The notes below the pieces were generated by a model. It worked only from the letters and a program-made list of their open reading frames with translations, ran no database searches and had not been told where the DNA came from. DNA of 64,000 bases, taken from Vicinamibacterales bacterium. Its GTDB lineage: Bacteria; Acidobacteriota; Vicinamibacteria; Vicinamibacterales; UBA2999. The position numbers were made by a program, and so were the translations under genes. Below, in pieces: positions 32,053 to 42,835 of this stretch. Position 1 is the stretch's first letter; each line of letters begins with the position of its first letter. Location of the stretch: contig JBEBGV010000011.1 in NCBI GenBank assembly GCA_040081265.1, forward strand, positions 11,330 through 75,329, read 5' to 3'.

Positions 32053-32763
32053 TCATGGTGCGGACACCTTCACAGGCACCCCGACAGACTCGACTGCAGG
32101 TTCGCCAGGCGCAGGGACGAGAGCGCACTCGCCGGCGACGAACGTGGTGTGCAGCGTGGTCGAGAAGCCGCTCAGCACGGCTTCGAGGACGTCGTGGGCC
32201 AGCGCATCCGGATCCTCGCCAGGAGCGAGGCGTCGCGCCAGGTTGATCGACGCCGCGCCAAGCATGCCTGCCCATAGGACGTGCATGGCTGCGCCAGGTT
32301 CCACCCCGCTCGAGAACTGCCCTCGTTCGACACAGGTAAGAATGTCGCCCTCGAGTCTGGTCAGCAGTTCGTGGAAGAACGTCAGGCGATGGAAGTCCTG
32401 GTTGAGGCTGGGCACCGAGCGATCCGTGAACATGAGCTCGAAGTACTCGGGCTGTGCCTTCGAGAACTCGTAGAACTCCCAGATCGCGGCCCTGACCCGC
32501 GCCATCGGCTCAGGGAGGTCGCCGATGGTGGCGGTGACGCGATCGGTGAGCAGACCGAAGCCCTCTTCGGCCAGCGCAAAGAAGATGTCATCCTTGCTGG
32601 CAAAGTAGCTGTAGATGGCCGCGGGGCTGTATTCGATACGCTCGGCGATCTTCCGCATCGAGACGTTGCGGTAGCCCTCGCTTATGAAGAGTTCCCGAGC
32701 GGCGCTGAGGATGGCTTGGCGGATGGCGACCCGTTCGCGTTCCTGTCGTTCCTTGATGCCCAT
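32053..32763 (-). CDS. TetR/AcrR-family transcriptional regulator of the efflux operon
   Basis: N-terminal HTH: RQAILSAARELFISEGYRNVSMRKIAERIEYSPAAIYSYFASKDDIF. First gene of the tetR-MFP-RND/OMF operon. Confidence 0.9.
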   Translation of the reverse strand: MGIKERQERERVAIRQAILSAARELFISEGYRNVSMRKIAERIEYSPAAIYSYFASKDDIFFALAEEGFGLLTDRVTATIGDLPEPMARVRAAIWEFYEFSKAQPEYFELMFTDRSVPSLNQDFHRLTFFHELLTRLEGDILTCVERGQFSSGVEPGAAMHVLWAGMLGAASINLARRLAPGEDPDALAHDVLEAVLSGFSTTLHTTFVAGECALVPAPGEPAVESVGVPVKVSAP

Positions 32764-32796
32764 TCGGTTGCTGACCTGCGATTAGGGATGATTTGT

Positions 32797-32807
32797 GAAC
32801 AGTGTTC
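32797..32807. promoter_or_regulatory. short perfect palindrome GAACA-G-TGTTC about 35 nt upstream of the tetR start
   Basis: Read directly from the sequence. Position is compatible with an autoregulatory operator. Confidence 0.25.
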
Positions 32808-32867
32808 GAAACTAAATCGCTGTTATGGATATCTACGCTGGCAAGTATATGTCCACAAATAACAATG

Positions 32868-32881
32868 GTCATAATTATGAC
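32868..32881. promoter_or_regulatory. perfect 14-bp palindrome GTCATAATTATGAC in the AT-rich divergent intergenic region (candidate TetR operator)
   Basis: All 7 base pairs complementary by inspection. Lies between divergent tetR (start 32763) and the DUF2085-like gene (start 32992). Confidence 0.35.
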
Positions 32882-32991
32882 TGTAAGTATTTGAATAAAA
32901 ATAACTTATCAGGAAAGTTGGCTGAATTTAGCAGGCCTCGGACTAGGCTGGCTCCCAGCAAACTGTTGAAATATCCGCAGTACCTCGAGCC

Positions 32992-33480
32992 TTGGCTGTG
33001 CGCCTGACCAGCCCTGTCCGATGGCTGTCGGCGGTCGCATCGGCGTGGGCCGGCATGCTGCTCATCTCGCCGCTGCTGCCGGTGTCTCTGGGTGTGGTGG
33101 CGTACGCCGTGGGTGGCGTGGTGTGCCACCAGATCAGCGGCCGATCGTTCCACGTCGATGGGCGCCAGCTGGCGGTTTGTGCGCGGTGCACGGGCATCTA
33201 CCTCGGGGCAGCGATAGCGCTTGTCTGGCAGGCGCTCGCCGATGACGCCAGCAGCGGGCGTCGACACCCGTCGACCGACGTTGGCCGGGCGCGTCTCTGG
33301 CTCTTCATCGGGGCCGTGCCGACCCTCGGCACCGTCATGCTGGAGGCGGCCGGCCTCCTGGAAACCAGCAACATCGAGCGGGCGATCGCGGGACTGCCGC
33401 TCGGCGCGAGCGTCGCCTTCGTGGTCGGTGTTTCGGCTACGGTAAACTACCAGCAATGGCGACAGCGACGGCACGAGTAG
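32992..33480 (+). CDS. DUF2085-like membrane protein
   Basis: Conserved CHQ (VVCHQISGRSF) and CARCTGIYLG motifs typical of DUF2085; 4 TM helices. Start is TTG 32992 or GTG 32998. Confidence 0.7.
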   Translation: MAVRLTSPVRWLSAVASAWAGMLLISPLLPVSLGVVAYAVGGVVCHQISGRSFHVDGRQLAVCARCTGIYLGAAIALVWQALADDASSGRRHPSTDVGRARLWLFIGAVPTLGTVMLEAAGLLETSNIERAIAGLPLGASVAFVVGVSATVNYQQWRQRRHE

Positions 33481-33854
33481 CCACTCAGGCGAACCCGCTC
33501 ACGTATGCGATCTGCGCGGTCGCGTGGTTCGTGCCGGGTGCAGGTCATCTGTGGCTGGGCCGGCATCAGAAGGGCGTCTCGCTGCTGATTCTGCTGCCGC
33601 TGATGTTCGCCTGTGGCCTCTGGCTGCGCGGCCGGTTGTTTCCATTCGAGTTCAGCCAGCCCCTGGTGGGCCTTGCCGCCGTGGCCGATGTCGGGATCGG
33701 TCTGCCGTACTTCGTCGCCAGGGCGCTATCGATGGGGACCGGGCAGGTGACCGCCATCAGCTACGAATACGGCAATGCCTTTCTGATCGTCGCTGGCCTC
33801 CTGAATATGCTCGTGGTGATCGACGTCTTCGACACAGCCCAGGGACGGAAGTGA
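33456..33854 (+). CDS. hypothetical polytopic membrane protein
   Basis: 132 aa, four hydrophobic helices (ICAVAWFVPGAGHLWLG, VSLLILLPLMFACGLWL, ...). Overlaps the upstream gene by 25 nt. Confidence 0.55.
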   Translation: MATATARVATQANPLTYAICAVAWFVPGAGHLWLGRHQKGVSLLILLPLMFACGLWLRGRLFPFEFSQPLVGLAAVADVGIGLPYFVARALSMGTGQVTAISYEYGNAFLIVAGLLNMLVVIDVFDTAQGRK

Positions 33855-34024
33855 CCTCCCATCTCGGGCTCATGGTGCTGTTTGCGTTCTTTGTATCGGC
33901 CACCTTTGCCATCCTGATGCGCGAGCGTGTGGCCGATCAGCTCATCCTCGGTGCCCGCCTGCTCGGCGGTTTTGTCGCTGGTGGCATCGTCCTGGGATGG
34001 TTGCTCTACGTGTTGCCGCTCTGA
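33851..34024 (+). CDS. small hypothetical membrane protein (57 aa)
   Basis: GTG 33851 overlaps the upstream stop (GTGA). VTSHLGLMVLFAFFVSATFAILM...GGFVAGGIVLGWLLYVLPL has two TM helices. It is the 3' part of ORF 33524-34024. Confidence 0.35.
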   Translation: MTSHLGLMVLFAFFVSATFAILMRERVADQLILGARLLGGFVAGGIVLGWLLYVLPL

Positions 34025-34041
34025 GGTTTCAGCAGCAACCC

Positions 34042-34437
34042 ATGCGCCGCCTCTGGCTGTGGGGGCCGGTGATTGCCTATATGGCCGTCATCTTCTGGGA
34101 ATCATCGCTGCCCAGCGCCCCGCTTCCGAGCAACGTGTCAGACAAGGTGGCTCACGCGATCGGCTACGCGATTCTTGGCGCACTCGTGGCGCGAGCCATG
34201 GCTGGCGGCTTTCCACGTCCGCTCACCAAGGCAGCGGCCCTGGCGAGCATCGTCCTGACGACGATGTACGGCGCCTCGGACGAGCTGCACCAGCGTTTTG
34301 TGCCGGGTCGTTCTGCCGACGTGAATGACATCGTTGCCGACGCTGCGGGTGCAGTCGTCGCCGTGATCGCCGTGTGGGCGTGCGGTATACTCTGGCCACG
34401 CGTGGCTCGCGCCTTCGCGGCATCCCGTGACCTTTGA
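34042..34437 (+). CDS. VanZ-family membrane protein
   Basis: Start ATG at 34042 (MRRLWLWGPVIAYMAVIFWES). DKVAHAIGYAILG and SDELHQRFVPGRSADVNDIVADAAGA motifs of VanZ-like proteins. Confidence 0.75.
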   Translation: MRRLWLWGPVIAYMAVIFWESSLPSAPLPSNVSDKVAHAIGYAILGALVARAMAGGFPRPLTKAAALASIVLTTMYGASDELHQRFVPGRSADVNDIVADAAGAVVAVIAVWACGILWPRVARAFAASRDL

Positions 34438-35209
34438 AAACCTGCTCCTCGCGCGCGATGGTGCGGTCAGCCTGCTGACGTTGAACCGGCCTTCGGTGCT
34501 CAATGCCCTGAGCGTGCCTCTGCTGTCAGAACTGGACCGCGCGCTGTCAGCAATCAGCGACGACGCGACGATGAGGGTCGTGATCATCACCGGCGCTGGC
34601 GACAAGGCCTTTGCGGCAGGCGCCGACATCACGGAACTGGCAGCGCTGTCAGAAGCCACTGCAGCCGCCCACGCCGCGTTCGGCCAGCGGATATTCACGC
34701 GTATCCAAAGGCTCGGCAAGCCTGTCATCGCCGCTGTCAACGGATTCGCGCTCGGTGGTGGATGCGAACTGGCGCTCGCATGCACCATCCGGCTCGCATC
34801 CTCGACCGCGCGTCTGGGTCAGCCTGAGATCAATCTCGGCATCATGCCAGGCTTTGGCGGAACCCAGCGCTTGTCGCGTCTGATCGGGTCAGCACGTGCC
34901 CTTGATCTGTTGCTCACCGGGCGTCTGATCACCGCCGCCGAAGCCCTCGAGATGGGACTGGTCAATCGAGTTCTCCCGCCAGCCGATCTCCTGCGCGTCG
35001 CGCAGGAGCTTGCGAATGAGCTGGCTGCCAGACCTGTCGCCGCTGTACGCGCCATTCTCGAGGCGGTGTACAACGGGCTCGATGTGAGCCTGGACCGAGG
35101 TCAGGAAATTGAGTCATCCCTGTTCGGGCGTCTGTCCGCAACGCCAGACGCTCGAGAGGGCATGAACGCCTTTCTCGCGAAGCGCACTCCAAGGTTCGGC
35201 GCCCAATGA
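34427..35209 (+). CDS. enoyl-CoA hydratase/isomerase (crotonase family)
   Basis: VIITGAGDKAFAAGADI, AAVNGFALGGGCELALAC, PEINLGIMPGFGGTQRL. Confidence 0.9.
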   Translation: MTFENLLLARDGAVSLLTLNRPSVLNALSVPLLSELDRALSAISDDATMRVVIITGAGDKAFAAGADITELAALSEATAAAHAAFGQRIFTRIQRLGKPVIAAVNGFALGGGCELALACTIRLASSTARLGQPEINLGIMPGFGGTQRLSRLIGSARALDLLLTGRLITAAEALEMGLVNRVLPPADLLRVAQELANELAARPVAAVRAILEAVYNGLDVSLDRGQEIESSLFGRLSATPDAREGMNAFLAKRTPRFGAQ

Positions 35210-35667
35210 GCCTGCGCGTCGCGGTCATCGTTGCGCGCTTCAACGCGGACATCACTGACGGCCTGCTGGCTGGCGCCCGTGAGGCGCTCATCGAGTCGGG
35301 GGTGGCGCCAGACGATGTAACGGTGGTGCGCGTTCCAGGCGCGTTCGAGATCCCCGTCACGGCCATGCGCCTCGCAGAAGGTGGTCGCCAGGATGCGATT
35401 GTCTGCCTCGGGTGCCTGATCAAGGGCGACACGATGCATTTCGAGTACATCGCCGAGGCGACGGCGCACGGCATCATGGACGTGTCGCTTGCCACCGCTG
35501 TTCCCGTGGCGTTCGGCGTCCTGACGACGACGACTGACGAGCAGGCGATCGAACGTGCTCGACCTGGCCCTGGCAACAAAGGCCGCGAAGCCGCACTCGC
35601 CGCGGTTGAGATGGCGACACTGTTTCAGCAGAAGGCATTCGCGCCACGCGATGGAGCGGGCGAGTGA
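35206..35667 (+). CDS. ribH: 6,7-dimethyl-8-ribityllumazine synthase
   Basis: RVAVIVARFNADITDGLLAGA...VRVPGAFEIP...VCLGCLIKGDTMHFEYI...VAFGVLTT. ATGA overlap with the upstream gene. Confidence 0.92.
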   Translation: MSLRVAVIVARFNADITDGLLAGAREALIESGVAPDDVTVVRVPGAFEIPVTAMRLAEGGRQDAIVCLGCLIKGDTMHFEYIAEATAHGIMDVSLATAVPVAFGVLTTTTDEQAIERARPGPGNKGREAALAAVEMATLFQQKAFAPRDGAGE

Positions 35668-36124
35668 GCGCCGAGAGCGTTCGCGGTGCCCGCGATCGGG
35701 ACTCGAGCGATTCTCGTCATCGCGCCCGCGAAGCCGCCGTGCAGATGTTGTATCAATGGGAAGTCGGCCGCGTGCCGATGACCGAGGTGCGTGTCGCCTT
35801 CTGGCAGGGCCCGGCAGCCACGACTTCGTTGTCGGACGTCCATCGCGCCTTTGCCGGCGAGCTGGCCGACGGCGTCGTGGCGTCGGTTGACACCATCGAC
35901 CCGCTGATTCGCGAGGCGGCTGAGCACTGGCGTGTCGAGCGGATGAACGTGCTCGACCGGCTGATCATGCGGCTCGCGGTCTACGAATTTCTCCACGAGC
36001 CCGATACGCCAGCCAAGGTCATCATCAACGAGGCGCTCGACCTCGCCCGTACCTTCAGTGGCGATGAGTCGGTGCGCTTCATCAACGGCGTTCTTGACGC
36101 CATCCGACGCGAGCAGCAACGCGC

Positions 36125-36128
<4 letters not shown>
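35664..36128 (+). CDS. nusB: transcription antitermination factor NusB
   Basis: RHRAREAAVQMLYQWEV..., VDRLIMRLAVYEF..., INEALDLARTF..., FINGVLD. Conserved ribH-nusB synteny. GTGA overlap. Confidence 0.9.
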
Positions 36129-37645
<1,517 letters not shown>

Positions 37646-37664
37646 GGCGCGGCCGTTTGACGGC

Positions 37665-38561
37665 TTACTCTTCCTGCGCCGCCGCCAGGTGCACTTCAAC
37701 GGTTTTTTCCGACTCGATCGGCTGACCGTTGCGCGTCGCCGGCCGGTAGGACCAGTCGCGCGCCGTACGCAGCAGTTGAACGTCGTAGCTCGGATGCGTC
37801 GGTCGCACGATTGAGGCGGAGGTGACCTTGCCGGTCGCGTCGATCGTCACACGAACAGCCCCGTCGAAGTTCATTCGCGCGATTGTGCGATCCGGAGGCG
37901 ACCACCGCGGAAGATCCTGCCGGACGATCACCGCCGCCGTGATCACGATTGGCTCCGGACGAGGAGCAGGTGGCGGCGCGACAGCGACGGCGGCCGGCGG
38001 CGGGCCAGGTTCCGGCTTCGGGATGGCGGCCTGCGCCAAATCGATGAAGCCCGAGGCCAGCGTGCGGAGGTCGGTCGCCTCGGGCGTGTCCTTCCATGCC
38101 GGGTCGTTGGTCAGCGCGAGCACCTGCTCGAACAGTCCAAGTGCCGGGATGAAGTCCTTCGCCTGGTACTGGGTCCTGGCCCGGCCGAACATCTCCCGGC
38201 TCACGCCAGGCAGTGCGGCCTTGCGCGTGTCAGTCCACAGCGTCTGAAACCTCGGTGGCAACTCGGTGGTATCGGGCGCGTAACCGGGTGCTGCGTTCAC
38301 GAGAGTCCGTGTGGCGACACCCGCCTCCTGCGGACGACCAAGCGCCAGCAGACACAGCGCCTTGTAGAGCAGGACTTCCGGCTCAGCACTCTGGGCAGGC
38401 GCCACACGCCCGATGGCTGCCAGGGCGTCTTCGAACGACGCGGCGGCATAGAGCGTCTTGGCTTGATCGAGCGCCGGGTCGGCCGCCCACGCCGGCGTAC
38501 CGATCATGACCAGTGCGATGACGAGGAGCGACGGGACGGCGAGTCGCGTGGGGTGTGTCAT
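37665..38561 (-). CDS. secreted protein with a TonB C-terminal-like domain
   Basis: Signal peptide LVIALVMIGTPAWA, TPR-like N-terminal helices, Pro-rich linker, C-terminal FDGAVRVTIDATGKVTSASIVRPTHPSYDVQLLRTARDWSYRPATRNGQP. Confidence 0.65.
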   Translation of the reverse strand: MTHPTRLAVPSLLVIALVMIGTPAWAADPALDQAKTLYAAASFEDALAAIGRVAPAQSAEPEVLLYKALCLLALGRPQEAGVATRTLVNAAPGYAPDTTELPPRFQTLWTDTRKAALPGVSREMFGRARTQYQAKDFIPALGLFEQVLALTNDPAWKDTPEATDLRTLASGFIDLAQAAIPKPEPGPPPAAVAVAPPPAPRPEPIVITAAVIVRQDLPRWSPPDRTIARMNFDGAVRVTIDATGKVTSASIVRPTHPSYDVQLLRTARDWSYRPATRNGQPIESEKTVEVHLAAAQEE

Positions 38562-39676
38562 TGCGCCTTCCTCATATCTACGGCCACGCGGGCCGCTTCC
38601 CCCGTGGTGATAGTCGTGCTGACGCGACGTTCTCCCAGGTCCGGATGCCTCAGCACGATTTCATGTGTGCCAATTGTCCACGAAACATTGCCGATTGGTG
38701 TTTCTCCGAGCGGCTGGCCATCGAGCCAGACCTGTGCCCACGGCACCGCGTTCACATTGATCGAACCCCGTGGCAGCTGGACCGAGATGTTGGCGGTCTG
38801 TCCTGTCGCGACTTGCACCGCCTGCGACATCCGGAAGCCGAGCGCCTCGTTCACCAGATCGTAGGTATGCGCACCAGACGGCACAAGGATGCGATCGGAC
38901 TGGCTGCTGCCAATGAGACGACCATCCTCAAAGACCTGAAGCGGGATGGGCACCGTAACTGAAAGCCATCCTGACGCCGGCCCTGACGCACCCGAGGCAA
39001 ACATCAAGGACGAGGTTTCGCCGGCCTTGACCTGCACCGTGCGCCGGACAGTCGAGGCGTCCTTGCGGACCAGAACTTCGTGATTGCCCGGGGTCAGGTC
39101 GGAGATCGTAAGGGGCGTCACGCCGCGGGGCTGGCCATCGATACTGACGGCCTGCCCGCGCGGGTCGCTCACGATCTCGAGACCACCGGTTGTCATGGGT
39201 GCCGCCGTGGCCGCGGGCCAGCTGATGTGATGCACCACCGTCGTGCGCTGGGCAATCGACACCGGCAGTGTCCGCGACTGGCTGCCCTGGTCGATACGCA
39301 CGGTGTAGTCGCCGTTATCCAGGGAGAGCAGGAGAGGCGTCTTGCCGCGATAGGTGCCGTCGATTGTGACGTTGGCACCTGCGACGTCCGTCTCGACGCG
39401 CAGCGCGCCAGCGCTGCCTGCCAGGATTGCCGTACGCATCCAGACCACGCCGGCCGTCGCGGCAATCAGCACGACGCAGACCGCTGCCACGCCGACCAGC
39501 CGCGTGCGAGCCGGATGCTCTGAAACGGCAGGAGATGGCTCGACGTGCGTAATGATCCTCACGCCTTCACTCTCCGACGGAAAGGCGTCGAGCCGCGAGG
39601 CCACCTCGCCGTCGCTCGACGGCTGTTGATCCAGCTCAGCCCTCTGAGTCTCCGTACGAAGCGCCTGCTTCACCAT
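38558..39676 (-). CDS. PEGA domain-containing membrane-anchored protein
   Basis: One TM (LVGVAAVCVVLIAATAGVVW) followed by several PEGA-like repeats (ANVTIDGTYRGKTPLLLSLDNGDYTVRI; AVSIDGQPRGVTPLTISDLTPGNHEVLV; VWLDGQPLGETPIGNVSWTIGTHEIVL). Confidence 0.8.
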   Translation of the reverse strand: MVKQALRTETQRAELDQQPSSDGEVASRLDAFPSESEGVRIITHVEPSPAVSEHPARTRLVGVAAVCVVLIAATAGVVWMRTAILAGSAGALRVETDVAGANVTIDGTYRGKTPLLLSLDNGDYTVRIDQGSQSRTLPVSIAQRTTVVHHISWPAATAAPMTTGGLEIVSDPRGQAVSIDGQPRGVTPLTISDLTPGNHEVLVRKDASTVRRTVQVKAGETSSLMFASGASGPASGWLSVTVPIPLQVFEDGRLIGSSQSDRILVPSGAHTYDLVNEALGFRMSQAVQVATGQTANISVQLPRGSINVNAVPWAQVWLDGQPLGETPIGNVSWTIGTHEIVLRHPDLGERRVSTTITTGEAARVAVDMRKAQ

Positions 39677-39908
39677 TGCAGATCCTGTGAGATGGAAGTC
39701 GCCCTTGCTGACTTCTGGCGCTCGAGTGCCTCATCCCGTGTGGGTGAAATCCCGGGAATGAGGCCCTACGAGAGATGTCGACTCGTTGGCCCCCGGAGTT
39801 TAGGCCTGCCAACTCTACCGTTCGCCTCGGGTCAGTCACGATATTGTAAGTGCAGAGACCGAATGCCGTATCGGGAAGTTTTGTGATGATGGAGTATAAG
39901 GAATCTCA

Positions 39909-41147
39909 ATGTCGCTCGAACTCTTCGTTGCGCTGAGATACCTGCTGGCGCGGCGAAAGCAGGCTTTCATTTCCCTGATTTCGCTGATCTCGACCCTGGG
40001 CGTCACCGTCGGCGTGATGGCGCTCATTATCGCGCTCGGGCTCATGACCGGTCTGCAGGGTGAGCTTCGCGACAAAATCCTCGGCTCCACCGCGCACATC
40101 TACGTCTGGAAGGGGGCTGGCCTCACCGACTACCGGTCTGAGGTCCGAACGCTCATGGGCGTCGAAGGTGTCACCGGTGCCGCACCGGCCATCCTCGGCA
40201 AGGCCCTGATCGTCTCCGGTGATCAGCAGGCGTTCATCAGCCTCAAGGGCATCGACCCGGCGCTCGAACCGGAGGTGACCGACATCCAGCGTGCCATGGT
40301 CGCGGGCAGCGTGCAGGCGCTCGCCGGTGACGCGGAGGCGGACGTCCCCGGCATCCTCATTGGACGTGAACTGGCACAGCAGCTGGGGCCTCCGGGGATG
40401 CCGCTGGCGGTCGGGGATTCGGTCACCCTGCAGACGCCGCAGGGCACGCTGACGCCGATGGGCATGTTGCCGCGCGTGCGCCGGCTTCGTATCGCCGGCA
40501 TCTACAACCTCGGCCTTTTCGAGTTCGACTCCCAGTACGGGTTTCTATCGCTCGACCTCGCCAAGCGCCTCATGGGACGCACCGAGCCCGATCTGATCGA
40601 ATTGCGGGTGGCTGACATCTATCAGGCCGCTTCAATTGCCGATCGCATCGTGACCCAGCTCGGGAGTGACTACCAGGCCAAGGACTGGGCCGACCTCAAC
40701 CAGTCGCTGTTCTCGGCGCTCTGGCTCGAGAAAATGGCCATCGCCATCACCATCGGGCTCATCGTGATGGTCGCCGCGCTCAATATCGTGGCATCGCTGG
40801 TTCTGCTCGTGATGGAGAAGAGTCGCGACATCGCCATCCTCAAGACGATGGGCACAGGTTCGCGACGGATCATGACTATTTTCATGCTGCAGGGCCTGAT
40901 CATCGGCCTCGTCGGGACGACGCTGGGAAGTATAGGAGGCCTGTCGCTCTGCTGGGTGCTGGACCGCTACAGGCTGATCCGCATTCCGAGCGACGTCTAC
41001 CAGGTCTCGTACGTGCCCTTCGTGGTCGAGCCGCGTGATTTTGCGGCGGTGGTGGTGTCGGCGGTGATCATCTGTTTCGTGGCGACGCTGTATCCGTCGC
41101 GCCAGGCGTCGAAACTCGATCCCGTGCAGGCGCTCCGGTTCGAGTAG
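39909..41147 (+). CDS. lolE: lipoprotein-releasing ABC transporter permease (LolC/LolE family, FtsX-like)
   Basis: FVALRYLLARRKQAFISLISLISTLGVTVGVMAL, MacB-like periplasmic domain, C-terminal FtsX TM bundle. Followed by lolD. Confidence 0.85.
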   Translation: MSLELFVALRYLLARRKQAFISLISLISTLGVTVGVMALIIALGLMTGLQGELRDKILGSTAHIYVWKGAGLTDYRSEVRTLMGVEGVTGAAPAILGKALIVSGDQQAFISLKGIDPALEPEVTDIQRAMVAGSVQALAGDAEADVPGILIGRELAQQLGPPGMPLAVGDSVTLQTPQGTLTPMGMLPRVRRLRIAGIYNLGLFEFDSQYGFLSLDLAKRLMGRTEPDLIELRVADIYQAASIADRIVTQLGSDYQAKDWADLNQSLFSALWLEKMAIAITIGLIVMVAALNIVASLVLLVMEKSRDIAILKTMGTGSRRIMTIFMLQGLIIGLVGTTLGSIGGLSLCWVLDRYRLIRIPSDVYQVSYVPFVVEPRDFAAVVVSAVIICFVATLYPSRQASKLDPVQALRFE

Positions 41148-41156
41148 AGTCGCCCG

Positions 41157-41831
41157 GTGTCACTCCTCAGCGTCCACGGACTCAACAAGGTCTACGCCGT
41201 CGGCGAGACGCGGATCCACGTGCTGCGCGAACTGGAACTCGAGGTGCCGGCGGGTCAGATGCTCGCGGTCGTCGGGGCGTCAGGCGTCGGCAAGAGTACG
41301 CTGCTGCACATTCTGGGCGGGCTCGACCGCGCGGACGCCGGAACGATTCGGGTCGGCGACACGGAAGTGTCGTCCATGGGCGACGCGGCGCGGGTCGAGT
41401 TCCGCAATCAGCACGTCGGTTTCGTGTTCCAGTTCCATCATCTGCTGCCTGAGTTCGACGCAACCGAGAACGTCGAGATGCCGATGCGGATTGCCCGGAC
41501 CCCTCTGGCCGAAGCTCGTCAGCGGGCGACGGAACTGCTGACGCGGGTCGGGTTGGGAGAGCGTCTGCGGCACCGGCCTTCGATGCTGTCAGGAGGAGAG
41601 CAGCAGCGCGTCGCCGTGGCACGCGCGCTCGTCATGAAGCCGCGCCTACTCCTTGCCGACGAACCGACGGGGGACCTGGACGAGACCACCGCCGACTCTC
41701 TCCATGCCCTGCTGCGCCAGATGCATGCCGAGCACGGCCTGACGTCGGTCATTGCCACGCACAACCTGCGGCTGGCCGACGCCTGCGACCGCGTCCTGCG
41801 GCTCGAGCGCGGTCAACTGAAGGACGGCTAA
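41157..41831 (+). CDS. lolD: lipoprotein-releasing ABC transporter ATP-binding protein
   Basis: Walker A GASGVGKST, signature LSGGEQQRVAVARA, Walker B LLLADEPTGDLD. Confidence 0.88.
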   Translation: MSLLSVHGLNKVYAVGETRIHVLRELELEVPAGQMLAVVGASGVGKSTLLHILGGLDRADAGTIRVGDTEVSSMGDAARVEFRNQHVGFVFQFHHLLPEFDATENVEMPMRIARTPLAEARQRATELLTRVGLGERLRHRPSMLSGGEQQRVAVARALVMKPRLLLADEPTGDLDETTADSLHALLRQMHAEHGLTSVIATHNLRLADACDRVLRLERGQLKDG

Positions 41832-41917
41832 CTACTTCTGATTATTGCCTTTTCACGCGCGGGTGTGATATTTACCCGCTGCAGGTTCGGCCACCTTTTC
41901 TGGTCGGGAGGACGCAC

Positions 41918-42823
41918 ATGGCGTTGAACGCCGTCACCAGTCTCATTCGTCATCGGCTCTTCTTGGTTTTGGGAGTTCTCGCGGCAGTTGCCGTGGCCAC
42001 TCCCGCGTCGGCTCAGGGTGACATTGCGGGCGAGTGGGCCGCGCGAGCCCAGGAGGACCAGCCGCATCGTGGTCCCGGGGCCGAACTCGGCGACTACACC
42101 GGCCTGCCCATCAACGCGGCCGCCCGTCAGAAAGCCTCCGTCTGGGACGCGTCGATCCTGTCGCTGCCCGAAGCGATGGCCAAGCCGCACCCGGCGATGT
42201 ATTTCATGCGTGGCCCTGGACCGAACATCCGCATCCAGAAGATTGCGGACCCGACGACACAAGTCGTGATTGCCTACACCATCGAAGGTGTCTTCGGGCG
42301 CGCCGATCGCGTCATCTGGATGGATGGCCGTCCTCATCCGTCTGAGTACGCCGAATACACCTTTGACGGGTTTTCGACCGGCAAGGTCGAAGGCAGCCGC
42401 CTCACGGTCACCACGACCCACGCCAAGTACGGCGTCATCCAGCGGAACGGGGTCCCTGCCAGCACCAAGGCCGTGATGACCGAACACTTCATTCGCCATG
42501 GCGACTGGCTGACGCTGGTCACCATCGTCGACGACCCGGTTTACCTCGAAGAGCCGTTCATCCGGACCTCCCACTGGGTGCGTACCTCCAACGTCACGCC
42601 GGATGGCCGTTTCATCTTCGAAGTAGTGGACGAGGTCGCAGGCCACCCGCAGGGCTACGTGCCGCATTCTCCGCTCGGGACCAGGCAGGATGGATTCGCG
42701 AAGAATCACGGCCTGCCGTTCGAAGCCACGCAAGGTGGCAAGGCGACGCTCTATCCTGAGTACGAGGCCGTCATCCGGAAGCAGTTGCAGGACATGGCGG
42801 CCTCGCGGCCGACATCGAAGTAG
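41918..42823 (+). CDS. secreted hypothetical protein (paralog A of an uncharacterised family)
   Basis: GGGAGGA Shine-Dalgarno. Signal peptide LFLVLGVLAAVAVATPASAQG. Shares collinear blocks with the 43863-44813 product (GEW/GTW...ED..., GD...P.N.AA...WD, RI..., G.S.G..E...L.V.T, RNG.P.S, DP.YL..P). Confidence 0.6.
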   Translation: MALNAVTSLIRHRLFLVLGVLAAVAVATPASAQGDIAGEWAARAQEDQPHRGPGAELGDYTGLPINAAARQKASVWDASILSLPEAMAKPHPAMYFMRGPGPNIRIQKIADPTTQVVIAYTIEGVFGRADRVIWMDGRPHPSEYAEYTFDGFSTGKVEGSRLTVTTTHAKYGVIQRNGVPASTKAVMTEHFIRHGDWLTLVTIVDDPVYLEEPFIRTSHWVRTSNVTPDGRFIFEVVDEVAGHPQGYVPHSPLGTRQDGFAKNHGLPFEATQGGKATLYPEYEAVIRKQLQDMAASRPTSK

Positions 42824-42835
42824 AGGTCCCGGCAT

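Noticed and set aside
32825-33007. 60-aa Asn/Lys/Tyr-rich ORF (MDIYAGKYMSTNNNGHNYDCKYLNKNN...) inside the AT-rich island, considered as a small peptide or RiPP precursor.
   Set aside because: Its composition simply mirrors the AT-rich DNA, there is no SD, it runs into the start of the downstream gene, and no modification enzymes are adjacent.
35100-35210. Looked for an FMN riboswitch upstream of ribH.
   Set aside because: ribH overlaps the stop of the preceding enoyl-CoA hydratase gene by 4 nt, so there is no leader in which a riboswitch could reside.
39677-39908. 232-bp divergent intergenic region with an imperfect hairpin (GCCTCATCCCG...CGGGAATGAGGC, ~39728-39765), considered as a small RNA gene or riboswitch.
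   Set aside because: It matches no RNA family I can recognise (no tRNA, SRP, 6S or RNase P signatures). It is most simply the divergent promoter/leader region for the PEGA operon and lolE. Left unannotated.
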